Assembly: GCA_900543605.1 (NCBI GenBank)
Contig: UQSK01000001.1
Span: 23,720-87,719 of the forward strand
Length of the DNA: 64,000 bases
Direction of reading: 5' to 3'
DNA from: an uncultured Collinsella sp.
GTDB lineage: Bacteria; Actinomycetota; Coriobacteriia; Coriobacteriales; Coriobacteriaceae
The notes below the pieces were generated by a model that saw nothing but the letters and a program-made list of their open reading frames with translations, was not told the DNA's origin and searched no databases. Within the stretch, counting starts at the first letter, position 1; the number at the start of each line of letters is the position of its first letter. The position numbers and the translations under genes were made by a program. Below, piece by piece: positions 1 to 8,780 of this stretch.

Positions 1-269
1 CGCAGATTGGGACATCGGATGAACTGACCAGTTTTTCCAAAGTCGATGTGTAGTAGGACAAGGTTCTCTCAGAGCAGCCCTCTAAGCGTTTTGCGTCGAT
101 GAAATTGTCAACGTATGAGTTGTCGCTGGCCTGTTCTCCGCAGCCCGCAAGCGATTTCTCGTCAAACAGGCAATGGGAGAGCACCCGTCGAAGCTTCTTG
201 CTTTGTCCCGCATCTAAGTAAGGAAGCATAAGACGACAGATTTCCTGCGAGGCTTTATCGAGGTCCATA
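1..269 (-). CDS. tyrosine recombinase / phage-type integrase, N-terminal portion (runs off the left edge)
   Basis: Manual translation of the minus strand from the ATG at 269-267 gives MDLDKASQEICRLMLPYLDAGQSKKLRRVLSHCLFDEKSLAGCGEQASDNSYVDNFIDAKRLEGCSERTLSYYTSTLEKL. The FIxxKxxEGxSxxTLxxY pattern is typical of the core-binding N-domain of Xer/phage integrases. The ORF is absent from the ORF track because it is open at the window edge. Confidence 0.55.
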
Positions 270-568
270 CGAGTCTCCTCAGTCTTTGTCGGGCTAAAAC
301 GCCGTTTGCAAAATTGGAAATGACGATAAGCCAACTTGAGGCTGGAGGGGTTGCCCTGCGCCGCACGGCCTCAAGGGCGTCCACGGAACCTCATACAAAT
401 CTCCGCTGCGCTGCGATTGGTGGAGGTTGCCATGGACATCCCTTGACCCCGCTTCGCTCCGGGCGGCATCTGCGGGAGCAGAAGCCAAGGCGCGGCAAGC
501 AGCGCCAAAGCTTCTGCCAGCAAGCAGAGAGGATGGGGCAACGGAGCCCCGGAAGGGAAGTGGAAACT

Positions 569-928
569 ATGACGTTCAGGGATTACATGGAACAGGTAGA
601 GAGGGACGCTCGGGAGGTCATCGAAGAGGAGGCGGGCTGGTATAGCACGTGGGAGGTCATGCACGATGCGCTGTTCGTCGATGATGCGGTTACGGGCAAC
701 GGATCAGGCTCGTACACGTTCAACGCATTCAAGGCAGCGGAGAACGCGCGAGATCTTATATTCGATGATGATTTCATCGCAGAGGCGAGCATGGCGGGCT
801 ACGGTATCGAGCTATTCGCCGAAAGTCCGGAGACGGTCGATGTCGTGGCGCGCTGTCTCGCGCTCGGACTCGTATCGAGCTCGCTCAAGAAGGCATACGG
901 CAGCGCCCGCGCAGAGACCGTCGCGTAG
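569..928 (+). CDS. hypothetical protein (element cargo/accessory)
   Basis: Internal ATG at 569 of ORF 314..928, preceded by GGAAGGGAAGTGG. The protein begins MTFRDYMEQVERDAREVIEEEAGWYSTWEV and looks like a globular acidic protein. The residues upstream of 569 look like non-coding junk. No family was recognised. Confidence 0.45.
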   Translation: MTFRDYMEQVERDAREVIEEEAGWYSTWEVMHDALFVDDAVTGNGSGSYTFNAFKAAENARDLIFDDDFIAEASMAGYGIELFAESPETVDVVARCLALGLVSSSLKKAYGSARAETVA

Positions 929-1129
929 CCTCGCAAAGGGGTGCCGTTTCGGATAGAGGCGCCCCACCGTCGCCGTGGCGGGCATCGAGCCCGTCCCGGC
1001 GACTTATCGTGCCAACTGAATCTCCGCGTCTGCGCTGCGCCCACGGCTGAGGCTTGCACGGAATGCCGCGCCGATGGCGCGGTGCTCCGGGCTCGCAAGC
1101 GAGCCCTCCGCCCGGTTGGGCGCTGCGGA

Positions 1130-1336
1130 GGCTCAACGGTTCGCCTCCTCCGCGCCCTCCCTCTCGCTTCGCGCGTCCGAAAGGCTCAATGGCTCGCCTT
1201 CCGAATGCGTTTCGCTCACGCCACCCGCACCCCGCGAACGGCTGCATTCGATGGCTCAGCGGTTCGCCATCATTCCGCCGTATCGCACGCTGCGGGCTCT
1301 CGCTCCAGCTCCGTTCGATGGCTGCACGTATTCGCC
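1130..1336 (+). repeat. four imperfect direct repeats GGCTCARYGGYTCGCC (iteron/oriT-like) inside the mobile element
   Basis: Copies at 1130-1145, 1183-1198, 1253-1268 and 1320-1336. Copies 3 and 4 share the longer context TTCGATGGCT...TTCGCCATCA. The repeats sit in a roughly 680-nt stretch with no convincing ORF. Confidence 0.4.
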
Positions 1337-1605
1337 ATCACTGTGCATCCGCTCACAAGCCCGATGCAGCGCACCGTGCTTGCAAGATACGGATTCGTCC
1401 GGACAACCGTCGTTCCTCCGGTCCCCCAAACGAATCATCTTGCCCCGCTCCTGCCGTCACGGGGAAGGAGCGTACCGCTCGCTACGGCTCGCTCCCGCCC
1501 ATGACGGCAATCGGCTTGCTGTCGATTGCAGGGCCTCGCTGCTTGAATTACGCCGCCAGTTCCGGGTACCCTCGATTTTGCACACCGGGTGAACGGAGGT
1601 CTCTG

Positions 1606-1872
1606 ATGGGATGGTTCAGTAACTTGTTTCGCAACGAGTTCGACGATCTGATTGAGAACGGGTCGGATGAAGAGCTCTCGGATGAGTACGAGCGCCGCAG
1701 GCAGGAATGGGCTCGCGACGGCTACGGTGGCAATGGGGAGAAGACCCCGGAAATGAAGAAGCTGGATCGGGAGATGAGCAGACGGTTTGCGGAGAAGTGG
1801 GAAAAGGACCCACGCCGCAACCGGGATCCAAGCTACCGATGGACAGACGCCAATCGTTGGGATAGGGATTAA
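1606..1872 (+). CDS. small charged hypothetical protein (88 aa)
   Basis: ATG at 1606 preceded by GGAGGT (1595-1600). The protein begins MGWFSNLFRNEFDDLIENGSDEELSDEYERRRQEW. The part of ORF 1054..1872 upstream of 1606 is Arg/Pro/Ser junk. Confidence 0.4.
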   Translation: MGWFSNLFRNEFDDLIENGSDEELSDEYERRRQEWARDGYGGNGEKTPEMKKLDREMSRRFAEKWEKDPRRNRDPSYRWTDANRWDRD

Positions 1873-1913
1873 GGATGCCCCTACACTGGATTCGGCGAAT
1901 GGACCACCGTCCA

Positions 1914-2891
1914 TCATCCCCCTCGGCCGTCATCCGTCGCATCTTCGGCGATGCGCTCGAATACGCGGGCGAGCGCTATCGCCGTTCGGATGCTGCCGAG
2001 GTCGAACCGCATCGTTCTCCCCGAACGGCTCCTCGCCCCACCGAGCGTCGATCCGTTGATGCGCCGCTCTACGCCCTTATCGCTTCGCTTGAGACTCTGC
2101 GATTTGTATCTGAATTGCGTGTCGCCGCCCTTTGATAGCGTCATCGTTATGCCGTCCTGCGCGAGCCTGCGCGCAAGCTCGCGTGGTCTGTTGTCGCAGG
2201 AAGGAAGCTTCGACACCTCGTCCGCGCGTACGGCGATTCTCTCACGAACCCGGTCATTCTCGGAGCGATGCGACCTGTCGCGTCGCTGCCACTCGCGTTC
2301 CGCACGGGACGGCTGGCGTGCATGCTTCTTGGCATTTGACCCGCGTTCGAGCTGGCGAAGACCGTACCGCTCGTCAAGCTCGCGGACCGTCTTCACGCGA
2401 GCCCTCGCCGCCGCCCTGACCCCTCCCTCGTCCAAGCGCCTGCCCGTTTCAAGGTCGGTTCGGTTGATGGCGACGTGCACCGCGTATCGCTCTACGCCAT
2501 CCGTCTTGCAGCGTTCCTTATGGAGCACCCAGAAACATTCTTGATTGGGATACCGGGCGGCAACGTAGTCGCGAGCATACTCCATACACCGCAATGGCGT
2601 CATTACGCCGCCGTTGACGTCGCAATCGTCCGGATTGAATGCGAGGCACTGGTGTTCGAGGTAACGGCAGGCGCAATTCGCCTTGCCCGGCCGGTTGTGG
2701 CCATATGCTTCACGCGTCGCGTCCATCTCGCGCATGCAGGAGCGGGCGCTTTCCGTCCTCGTGAGGTTCTGCGTGCCGTGATCCAGCACTTTGCCCCTGT
2801 CCCAGTCGAGGTAGGACTCCAACCGCTTGAGATGGCTCCTGCTCTTCACGGTTACCTGTTTAACGACTGTCAACGAAAGCGCTCCATTCAT
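1914..2891 (-). CDS. relaxase/mobilization nuclease (MobA/VirD2 family)
   Basis: 325 aa. The segment ERYAVHVAINRTDLETGRRL matches the histidine-triad region of the relaxase/mobilisation nuclease domain. The gene sits downstream of and overlaps the T4CP gene, in a mobilization gene context. Confidence 0.75.
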   Translation of the reverse strand: MNGALSLTVVKQVTVKSRSHLKRLESYLDWDRGKVLDHGTQNLTRTESARSCMREMDATREAYGHNRPGKANCACRYLEHQCLAFNPDDCDVNGGVMTPLRCMEYARDYVAARYPNQECFWVLHKERCKTDGVERYAVHVAINRTDLETGRRLDEGGVRAAARARVKTVRELDERYGLRQLERGSNAKKHARQPSRAEREWQRRDRSHRSENDRVRERIAVRADEVSKLPSCDNRPRELARRLAQDGITMTLSKGGDTQFRYKSQSLKRSDKGVERRINGSTLGGARSRSGRTMRFDLGSIRTAIALARVFERIAEDATDDGRGG

Positions 2892-4737
2892 CGCTAACCT
2901 GTTGCCCTTCCGGATTTCCGGTTTCAGGCCACTCAGGGCACCACGTCATCACCGTCATGTCGCGTTGCGCAGCGGCCTCGTCAAGGCGTTTCTGGTAGGC
3001 GCGCCGTTTCTCGCGCTCGTGCTCGGGAGTGCCGAGGCCGAAATGCCCCCGCGTCGGGGTCTTCGTGCAGTCGACGAGAGGGGTGCAGAAAACGCCCGCA
3101 CGGCTCTTGTCTAGCCCGTTCTCTGCCTGCTTCACGACGATCGCGCCGTCCTTGTCGGGGCTCCTCGTCACCCATTCGAACTGCCGTATAACATCATCCG
3201 CATGCTCCGAGTAGCTTCGCGAGCTCGATGAAGACGCGCCCTTGCTAGAGCTCGTTCCCATGACATGGCGGGTGGTCTTACCCACAAGCTCCGTGAAGTA
3301 CTGCCTATCCTCAGCTTCCCCGAGCTTCAGCGCGACCTTCACCGAGCAGTTCGCCAGTATCTTCTTGCGGCCATCGCGCTCCCCGTACTTATTAAGCTGC
3401 GCGATGTTCTGAACGCTGCCTATCCACGTGATCCCCAGCGAGCGGGCGAGCGAAAGGAGGGAAGGCAGTGACTGGACGGTGGGAAGGTTACCCCACTCAT
3501 CGCCGAGGATATCGAGGCGACGCGGAAGCGCGCCGCCGTTCTCGTCAGCGACCAAGTAGGATGCCTTGTAGATCTGATCGAATAGGATTGTGAACAGCGC
3601 GTTATAGGGGCTCCCCTCATCCATGACATGGAGGAAGAGCGCCGTCTTCTCGGAGAGGATCCTCTTCGGATCGATATCGCTCGCCGAGGTGAGCCATGCG
3701 ATGCCCCGAGAGGAGAACATTCGGAGGTGAACCTTGAGCGTCGAAAGGATGCTGCGCATTTCGTTGCCGCCACTGCTGAGGAACTGCGATGCGAAGGGGC
3801 GCGCGGGATGGTCATAGGGCAGGGAGCGGAGGAGCGACTTGAGCGCTATGGCGGGATCGTCGCCATCGCCCTCGGTGCCCTCGTTGATGATGCGGCATAC
3901 GGTCGCCATGTGGCGCGCTTCGTGCGGGCATTCGGTTGAAAAGGCTACGAGCAGCAAGACGGAGGCGAGGATTCCGCGTGCGCTGGTGACCCAATGTGAA
4001 CTCTGCCCAGCACGCTCTTCGGGCACTATCGCCGAAGCTACGTCCTCCGCCGCCTGTTGGGCATTTTGCTCGTCGCCTTTGTCGGCGTAATCGCACACGA
4101 GCTTAAGGGGGTTGAAGCGCGAACCCCGCGCGGGATGCTGGGTATCGAGCAGCAGGACTGCGTATCCTCGCGCGGCTATGGCGTCTCCGCATAGCTCGAT
4201 CAGTTCATTTTTAACGTCTGAGACTATAACGTTGTCTCCGCCCTCTCCAAAGGTGAGGAGGTCGAGCGTCGGGATGTTCTGGAACCTTGTCTTTCCTGAT
4301 CCGGTTTGGCCACATGTGAGCACATGGCGCTTCGACTCATAGAGATAGCGGCCTTTGGTGAAGCCGTACACATAGCCCCGCGACTTCGGCTCGCTCTTAC
4401 CATCCCACGTCTCGGAGCCGCGTATGACCTCCGCGCCCGTCTTTACACGCGCCTCGCCGAGAACGCCGCCGTCATCGGCACGCCTGCTCGCGGCGTCCGT
4501 GAGAAAGAACAGGAGGGAGGAGAGCAGGGAGAAGATGAAGATGGCAAAGACCCCCACCGGGCAGTCGGCGAACGAACCAGAAAGCCACCACGTCGGAATC
4601 GCCGCAACGTCGAACCACGGAATAGCTGTTGGCATGCCTACGCCCGAGATAAGGCTGTCCGCAACCTGCGCGTAAGCGGGAGAGATGAAGAGCGTGAGAG
4701 CAAGAGCGGCTATGAGGGAGGGAATGAGAGGCTTCAC
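2860..4737 (-). CDS. type IV secretion coupling protein (VirD4/TraG family)
   Basis: 625 aa with an N-terminal signal/TM region. Walker A is CGQTGSGKT. The TraG/VirD4-like core includes LDILGDEWGNLP. The start overlaps the MobC stop codon. Confidence 0.85.
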   Translation of the reverse strand: MKPLIPSLIAALALTLFISPAYAQVADSLISGVGMPTAIPWFDVAAIPTWWLSGSFADCPVGVFAIFIFSLLSSLLFFLTDAASRRADDGGVLGEARVKTGAEVIRGSETWDGKSEPKSRGYVYGFTKGRYLYESKRHVLTCGQTGSGKTRFQNIPTLDLLTFGEGGDNVIVSDVKNELIELCGDAIAARGYAVLLLDTQHPARGSRFNPLKLVCDYADKGDEQNAQQAAEDVASAIVPEERAGQSSHWVTSARGILASVLLLVAFSTECPHEARHMATVCRIINEGTEGDGDDPAIALKSLLRSLPYDHPARPFASQFLSSGGNEMRSILSTLKVHLRMFSSRGIAWLTSASDIDPKRILSEKTALFLHVMDEGSPYNALFTILFDQIYKASYLVADENGGALPRRLDILGDEWGNLPTVQSLPSLLSLARSLGITWIGSVQNIAQLNKYGERDGRKKILANCSVKVALKLGEAEDRQYFTELVGKTTRHVMGTSSSKGASSSSSRSYSEHADDVIRQFEWVTRSPDKDGAIVVKQAENGLDKSRAGVFCTPLVDCTKTPTRGHFGLGTPEHEREKRRAYQKRLDEAAAQRDMTVMTWCPEWPETGNPEGQQVSDEWSAFVDSR

Positions 4738-5120
4738 GCAACCACCTCCCCGTTTCGAACGACCACGAGGGCTGCGGCAACCGCGTCAGCTGCGGCGGAC
4801 ACGCGCTGTATGGCGGCGGACACGCGCTCTTCTGAGCAGCCCTTCTGGCCGTAGGTGTTCAAGGCGCGTGCGCATTGGTTGATGTTCGAGCCCGCGCGCT
4901 TGAGATTCGCGTAAGCCTTCTTCAGTTCGTCGGCGTCAACGTTGATCGTGCACACGCCCTTAGGGTCGTTAAGCGCGCGGAAGCGCATATAGGCGGACAT
5001 GCCGATGCCTGCCTTGCGAGCGCGGGATTTGATGCGCTGATACTCGCGATGTGTCACGCGGACGTCAATCCTGAGTACTCGTCCGCGCGTCCTGGCTTGC
5101 CGATTGTTTTCATTATGCAT
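4734..5120 (-). CDS. MobC-family relaxosome accessory protein
   Basis: The internal ATG (complement 5120-5118) gives MHNENNRQARTRGRVLRIDVRVTHREYQRIKSRARKAGIGMSAYMRFRAL, a ribbon-helix-helix-like MobC pattern. The gene is first in the mobC-T4CP-relaxase order. Confidence 0.7.
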   Translation of the reverse strand: MHNENNRQARTRGRVLRIDVRVTHREYQRIKSRARKAGIGMSAYMRFRALNDPKGVCTINVDADELKKAYANLKRAGSNINQCARALNTYGQKGCSEERVSAAIQRVSAAADAVAAALVVVRNGEVVA

Positions 5121-5280
5121 GGTCGTAGTCCTTGGTCGTTGTGGCAGAGCCTGTGGCAATTTCTGTGGCAACTCATCGGCTACCGTGAATTACCACAGGC
5201 TCCCTAGAACTACTTCCCGCTACCATTTTCGCAGGTAGATGCTACCTTGACTTTCCTCTGTTACCGTGGGATTCTACGTC

Positions 5281-5333
5281 CGAGGGCTCTCATAACCCGG
5301 AGGTCGTAGGTTCAAATCCTGCCCCCGCGACCA
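5281..5333 (+). other. 3' half of tRNA-fMet(CAT) without a 5' half: putative attR core of the integrated element
   Basis: CTCATAACCCGGAGGTCGTAGGTTCAAATCCTGCCCCCGCGACCA matches the anticodon loop, the GGG/CCC initiator stem, the T-arm and the acceptor-CCA of bacterial initiator tRNA (compare the E. coli fMet 3' half). There is no CGCGGGG 5' acceptor strand upstream, and a 2-nt disruption occurs in the anticodon stem-loop at about 5287. Confidence 0.7.
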
Positions 5334-5342
5334 AGAACTTGC

Positions 5343-5373
5343 AGCTCGTCGGCCTAGCCGGCGAGCTTTTTTG
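5343..5373 (+). terminator. rho-independent terminator (native tRNA terminator)
   Basis: Stem AGCTCGTCGGC / GCCGGCGAGCT followed by a T6 run. Confidence 0.7.
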
Positions 5374-5422
5374 TTATTTCGGGACCGTGTTTTCGGTTCA
5401 ATTCTCGGCCTCTCAATCAAAG

Positions 5423-5721
5423 ATCTCGATCTGTAACATCTAGACCCGATTTGGGCGGCTAGGTGTTACAGATCGAGATATACCGGTGGGTTGGGTCGTG
5501 TTTGTCTAAATCTGTAACACGAGGGACGGATTTTGCCGAGTTGTTGTTATAGATTGAGATTTTCTAGCAGGCGGGTTTGGTTTGTCTCGATCTGTAACAG
5601 ATAGGGGCCAAAAGTGGGCCTAGCTGTTACAGATCTAGATTGTTGAGGATGGGCCGAGAGGAATGTCTCGATCTGTAACAGTAAGACCCAGTTTTGCCGC
5701 GTAACTGTTACAGATTGAGAT
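5423..5721. repeat. tandem array of four ~81-nt hairpin units (eight 16-nt repeats in alternating orientation)
   Basis: GTCTCGATCTGTAACA occurs at 5423, 5504, 5584 and 5665. Its inverse TGTTACAGATCGAGAT occurs at 5464, 5545, 5625 and 5706. All loops are 25 nt and the inter-unit gaps are 23-24 nt. The loops are also related to each other (GACCCGATTTGGGC, GACGGATTTTGCC, GACCCAGTTTTGCC). Confidence 0.85.
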
Positions 5722-5861
5722 AAACCGACGGGCCGCCCCGCCCATCCCCATCCACCTGCCGCTACCTGCTGTCCGCCGATTTCCGTTGCGCTGCTGTATT
5801 CCCATGCCATATCCTCTAGATAACTACGCGGCATCATCGCCGCCGCGCCTACAAGAGAGGA

Positions 5862-7898
5862 ATGTCCATGACCGCACCTGCATCCAAGCTGCTCCAGCCC
5901 ATTACGGTTGGCCCCCTTGAGCTCAAAAACCGCATTATGTTTCCGCCGCTGACCACCGGCTACGAGGAGCGCGACGGTTCCATCGGCGAGCGCAGCCTGG
6001 CCTTTTACGAGCGTCTGGCCCGTGGCGGCGTGAGCTACATCGTCATCGGTGACGTTGCCCCCGTCATGACCGCAAGCCCCACGCCCAAGCTGGCGACCGA
6101 CGCCCAGATCCCCACGTTTAAGGCCCTGGCCGACACCGTCCACAAGCACGGCGCCAAGGTCGCGCTGCAGCTGTTCCACCCCGAGTACGACGTGCCCGGC
6201 GTCGGCCGCATGGTCATGGGATCCATGGCCGCCGCCAAGGCCGCGCAGGAGGCCAAGGCCGCCGGCGACGAGGAGACCTTTGCCGCCAAGATGGCCGAGT
6301 CCAACGAGATCCGCAACCAGGCCTACGCCAAGCTGCACCACGACATGCAGCACTTTGTGAACGAGGCGAGTGTGGAGCAGCTCACCCAGATCAAGGAGGC
6401 CATCGCTGCCTCGGCCGCTCGCGCACAGCAGGCCGGGATCGACGCTATCGAGGTCCACGGCGACCGCCTGGTGGGTTCGCTGTGCTCGGCCATCCTCAAC
6501 CAGCGCACCGACGAGTACGGTGGTTCGTTCGAGAACCGCGTTCGCTACGCGCTGGAGGTCGTCGCCGCCATTAAGGAGGCCGCGCCGCAGCTGATGGTGG
6601 AGTACAAGCTCCCCGTGATCATGGAGAACCCCGACGGCACGCCGCGCGGCAAGGGTGGCCTGCAGCCCGACGAGGCCTGCGAGTTCGCCAAGCTGCTCGA
6701 GGGCGCGGGCATCGATATGATTCAGGTCGCACAGGCCAACCACACCGGCAACATGGGCGACACCATTCCGCCCATGGGCGCCATGCCCTACAACTGGACG
6801 CTGCCCGTGGCCGAGCGCGTCAAGGCCCTGGTCTCCGTGCCGGTGGCAACCGTGGGCCGCGTGGTTTCGGTCGAGGCCGGCGAGAAGATTCTGGAAGACG
6901 GCGCCGCCGACATCATCGCCTATGGCCGCTCGCTCATGTGCGACCCCGACATTGCGCTGAAGGCCGCCACGGGTGAGCCCATCCGCGAGTGCCTCAACTG
7001 CAACAAGGGCTGCGTCGATGCGATTCAAAATCGCAAGTACATCTCGTGCGTGCTCAATGCCGAGAATGGCGATGAGGCAACCATCGCCATTAAGCCGGGC
7101 GAGGGCGACAAGAAGATCGCCGTGGTGGGCGGCGGCATCGCCGGTCTGGAGGCCGCGCGCGTGGCGGCCAAGCGCGGCTACGACGTGACCGTCTACGAGG
7201 CGAGCGATCATCTGGGCGGCCAGATTGTGCTGGCGGCCGCGCCTCCGCGCAAGGACGAGATCATGCGCTCGGTCGAGTACTACGAGAAGATTCTGCCCGG
7301 CCTGGGCGTGAAGGTCGAGCTCAGTCATGCCGCTACCGCTGAGGACCTCAACGCCGCCGACGCTGCGATTGTGGCCGTAGGCGCGCACGACGTGGTCATC
7401 CCCGTTCCGGGTGCCGATTCGGAGAAGGTCGTCTCGAGCTGGGACGTACTGGCCGGCAAGGTGGAGCTCAGCGGTCGCGTCGCCGTCATTGGCGGTGGCC
7501 TGGTGGGCACCGAGACTGCCGAGTACCTGCTGCAGCACGGCTGCGAGGTGGCGATCGTGGAGATGCTCGACAAGATTGCCGCGGGCGAGTCCGAGACCAT
7601 TCTGCCGCTGATCATGAGCGACTTTGCCGAGCACAACGTGGAGCAGCACGTGAAGACCCGCCTGACCGCCATTACCGACGAGGGTGTGGAGGCTGTTCGC
7701 ACCATCGAGGACGGCGCCGAGGAGCCGGTGAAGATCGCCTGCGATTACGTGGTGATGGCCGTGGGCTCCAAGGCCAACGCGTTTGACCTGGACGGCGTGA
7801 CGGTGCCCGTGACCTGCGTGGGCGACTGCTCGGGTGAGCGCACCGCCGACATTGCGAGCGCCATTCGCACGGCGTATCACGCGGCCAACGAGCTGTAG
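5862..7898 (+). CDS. NADH:flavin oxidoreductase (Old Yellow Enzyme domain) fused to an FAD/NAD(P)-binding domain: 2-enoate / 2,4-dienoyl-CoA reductase family
   Basis: 678 aa. The N-terminus ITVGPLELKNRIMFPPLTTGY is OYE-like. The 4Fe-4S motif CLNCNKGC...C is present. A Rossmann motif VVGGGIAGLEAA and a second motif VIGGGLVGTE follow. The start may be the second ATG at 5868, which has better spacing to GAGAGG. Confidence 0.85.
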   Translation: MSMTAPASKLLQPITVGPLELKNRIMFPPLTTGYEERDGSIGERSLAFYERLARGGVSYIVIGDVAPVMTASPTPKLATDAQIPTFKALADTVHKHGAKVALQLFHPEYDVPGVGRMVMGSMAAAKAAQEAKAAGDEETFAAKMAESNEIRNQAYAKLHHDMQHFVNEASVEQLTQIKEAIAASAARAQQAGIDAIEVHGDRLVGSLCSAILNQRTDEYGGSFENRVRYALEVVAAIKEAAPQLMVEYKLPVIMENPDGTPRGKGGLQPDEACEFAKLLEGAGIDMIQVAQANHTGNMGDTIPPMGAMPYNWTLPVAERVKALVSVPVATVGRVVSVEAGEKILEDGAADIIAYGRSLMCDPDIALKAATGEPIRECLNCNKGCVDAIQNRKYISCVLNAENGDEATIAIKPGEGDKKIAVVGGGIAGLEAARVAAKRGYDVTVYEASDHLGGQIVLAAAPPRKDEIMRSVEYYEKILPGLGVKVELSHAATAEDLNAADAAIVAVGAHDVVIPVPGADSEKVVSSWDVLAGKVELSGRVAVIGGGLVGTETAEYLLQHGCEVAIVEMLDKIAAGESETILPLIMSDFAEHNVEQHVKTRLTAITDEGVEAVRTIEDGAEEPVKIACDYVVMAVGSKANAFDLDGVTVPVTCVGDCSGERTADIASAIRTAYHAANEL

Positions 7899-7973
7899 TT
7901 GAACATCGCGGCCAGGCGGGACGGTAGCACGGATCCGTCTCGCCCGGCTGTGTCCCGTCGGGTGCCAACCGGT

Positions 7974-8014
7974 GCGGGGCCTGCAAGCGCAGCAGGTCCC
8001 GCCCTTTTTGTTTT
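7974..8014 (+). terminator. rho-independent terminator
   Basis: GCGGGGCCTGC-N7-GCAGGTCCCGC followed by CTTTTTGTTTT. Confidence 0.7.
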
Positions 8015-8337
8015 GCTCCGGTGGATGGCAATGCGCGGTAATCATGAGGAGTGAGGACGTCTACTGCCTTGCAGATCACTCAAAAATATTGGGGAGGGGT
8101 TAATAACTATATCCTCTATACCAAAGGACATAAAGAGATGCCAATTTTGTTGACAAGCGAATGACGATTAGCTGCGAGTCAGCTACCAGCGTAAATAATC
8201 GATAAAGAAATGTCGTAATTTGGTGCCAAATGCCCAGATAACGCCGCGTCTATTTTAATTAACTGCTTTGAGCAAACAGTAAAATGCTACTATCTAACTT
8301 GCACGTAAGAAAGCAGATTAACGGTTAAGGCTAAGAA

Positions 8338-8742
8338 GTGGCAGGTATGTCGGAAGCAACTAGGACTCGCACGCATGCGCCTGAGGTTAGGCAGCGCGCC
8401 GTCGAGATCCTCCAAGAGGGGGTCGGTCATCGCGCCCTCGCTGCGGAGCTTGGCATTCCCCAGGCCACGGCTCGTCAGTGGGCCCGCGCGTATGCCGTGG
8501 GCGGTGCCGACGCCGTCCTCAATGCCGGTTCGCATCATCACACCTATTCGTACGACGTAAAGCTCGCTGTGGTTAAGGACCGTCTGGAAAACGGCTTGAC
8601 GGTTCGCGAGGCCATGATCAAGCACAAGATTCCCAGCGAGTCTTCGGTCAAGGCTTGGTGCCGTCAGTACCGCGAGAGCGGTGAGTCCGCACTGGTCGAT
8701 AAGCCGCGCGGTCGCAAGCCGCGCGTTAAAAAGGCGGAATAG
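8338..8742 (+). CDS. stand-alone double helix-turn-helix protein resembling IS3/IS150 OrfA (no transposase partner)
   Basis: 134 aa. Two HTH-like segments are present (GHRALAAELGIPQATARQWARAY and LTVREAMIKHKIPSESSVKAWCRQY). The tail KPRGRKPR is typical of IS3-family OrfA proteins. No OrfB or inverted repeats are seen nearby. The start is GTG at 8338 or ATG at 8347. Confidence 0.6.
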   Translation: MAGMSEATRTRTHAPEVRQRAVEILQEGVGHRALAAELGIPQATARQWARAYAVGGADAVLNAGSHHHTYSYDVKLAVVKDRLENGLTVREAMIKHKIPSESSVKAWCRQYRESGESALVDKPRGRKPRVKKAE

Positions 8743-8754
8743 CAAACGGGATGG

Positions 8755-8780
8755 TGCGCCCACAGGGGCGCATTTTCTTG
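8755..8780 (+). terminator. weak intrinsic terminator after the HTH gene
   Basis: TGCGCCC-ACAG-GGGCGCA followed by TTTTCTTG. Confidence 0.45.

Larger units (their letters stand above)
1..5333. mobile_element. right-hand part of an integrative mobilizable element (integrase, relaxase, T4 coupling protein, MobC) ending at a duplicated tRNA-fMet 3' half (attR)
   Basis: Contiguous integrase, relaxase, VirD4-like and MobC genes. The element stops exactly at a 3' tRNA fragment followed by what looks like the native tRNA terminator. The left end and the intact tRNA would lie outside the window. Confidence 0.6.

Noticed and set aside
941-1605. ORFs 941..1504 and the 5' part of 1054..1872 in the mobile element
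   Set aside because: The translations are Arg/Pro/Ser/Ala-rich with no RBS or domain pattern. The region is better explained as non-coding DNA carrying the GGCTCARYGGYTCGCC repeats. It could still hide a small gene.
5230-5333. Complete tRNA-Met gene
   Set aside because: Only the anticodon loop, T-arm and acceptor 3' strand are present. No CGCGGGG 5' acceptor strand or D-arm is found upstream, so it is a partial copy (att site).
5423-5721. CRISPR array
   Set aside because: The repeats are only 16 nt and alternate in orientation. The 'spacers' are mutually similar and of two fixed classes. No cas genes are nearby.
5547-8045. 832-aa minus-strand ORF antisense to the enoate-reductase gene
   Set aside because: This is a typical high-GC shadow ORF. 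The translation is low-complexity (Gly/Ala/His/Arg/Leu runs) with no recognisable motif. The plus-strand ORF has clear OYE, Fe-S and Rossmann motifs and an RBS.
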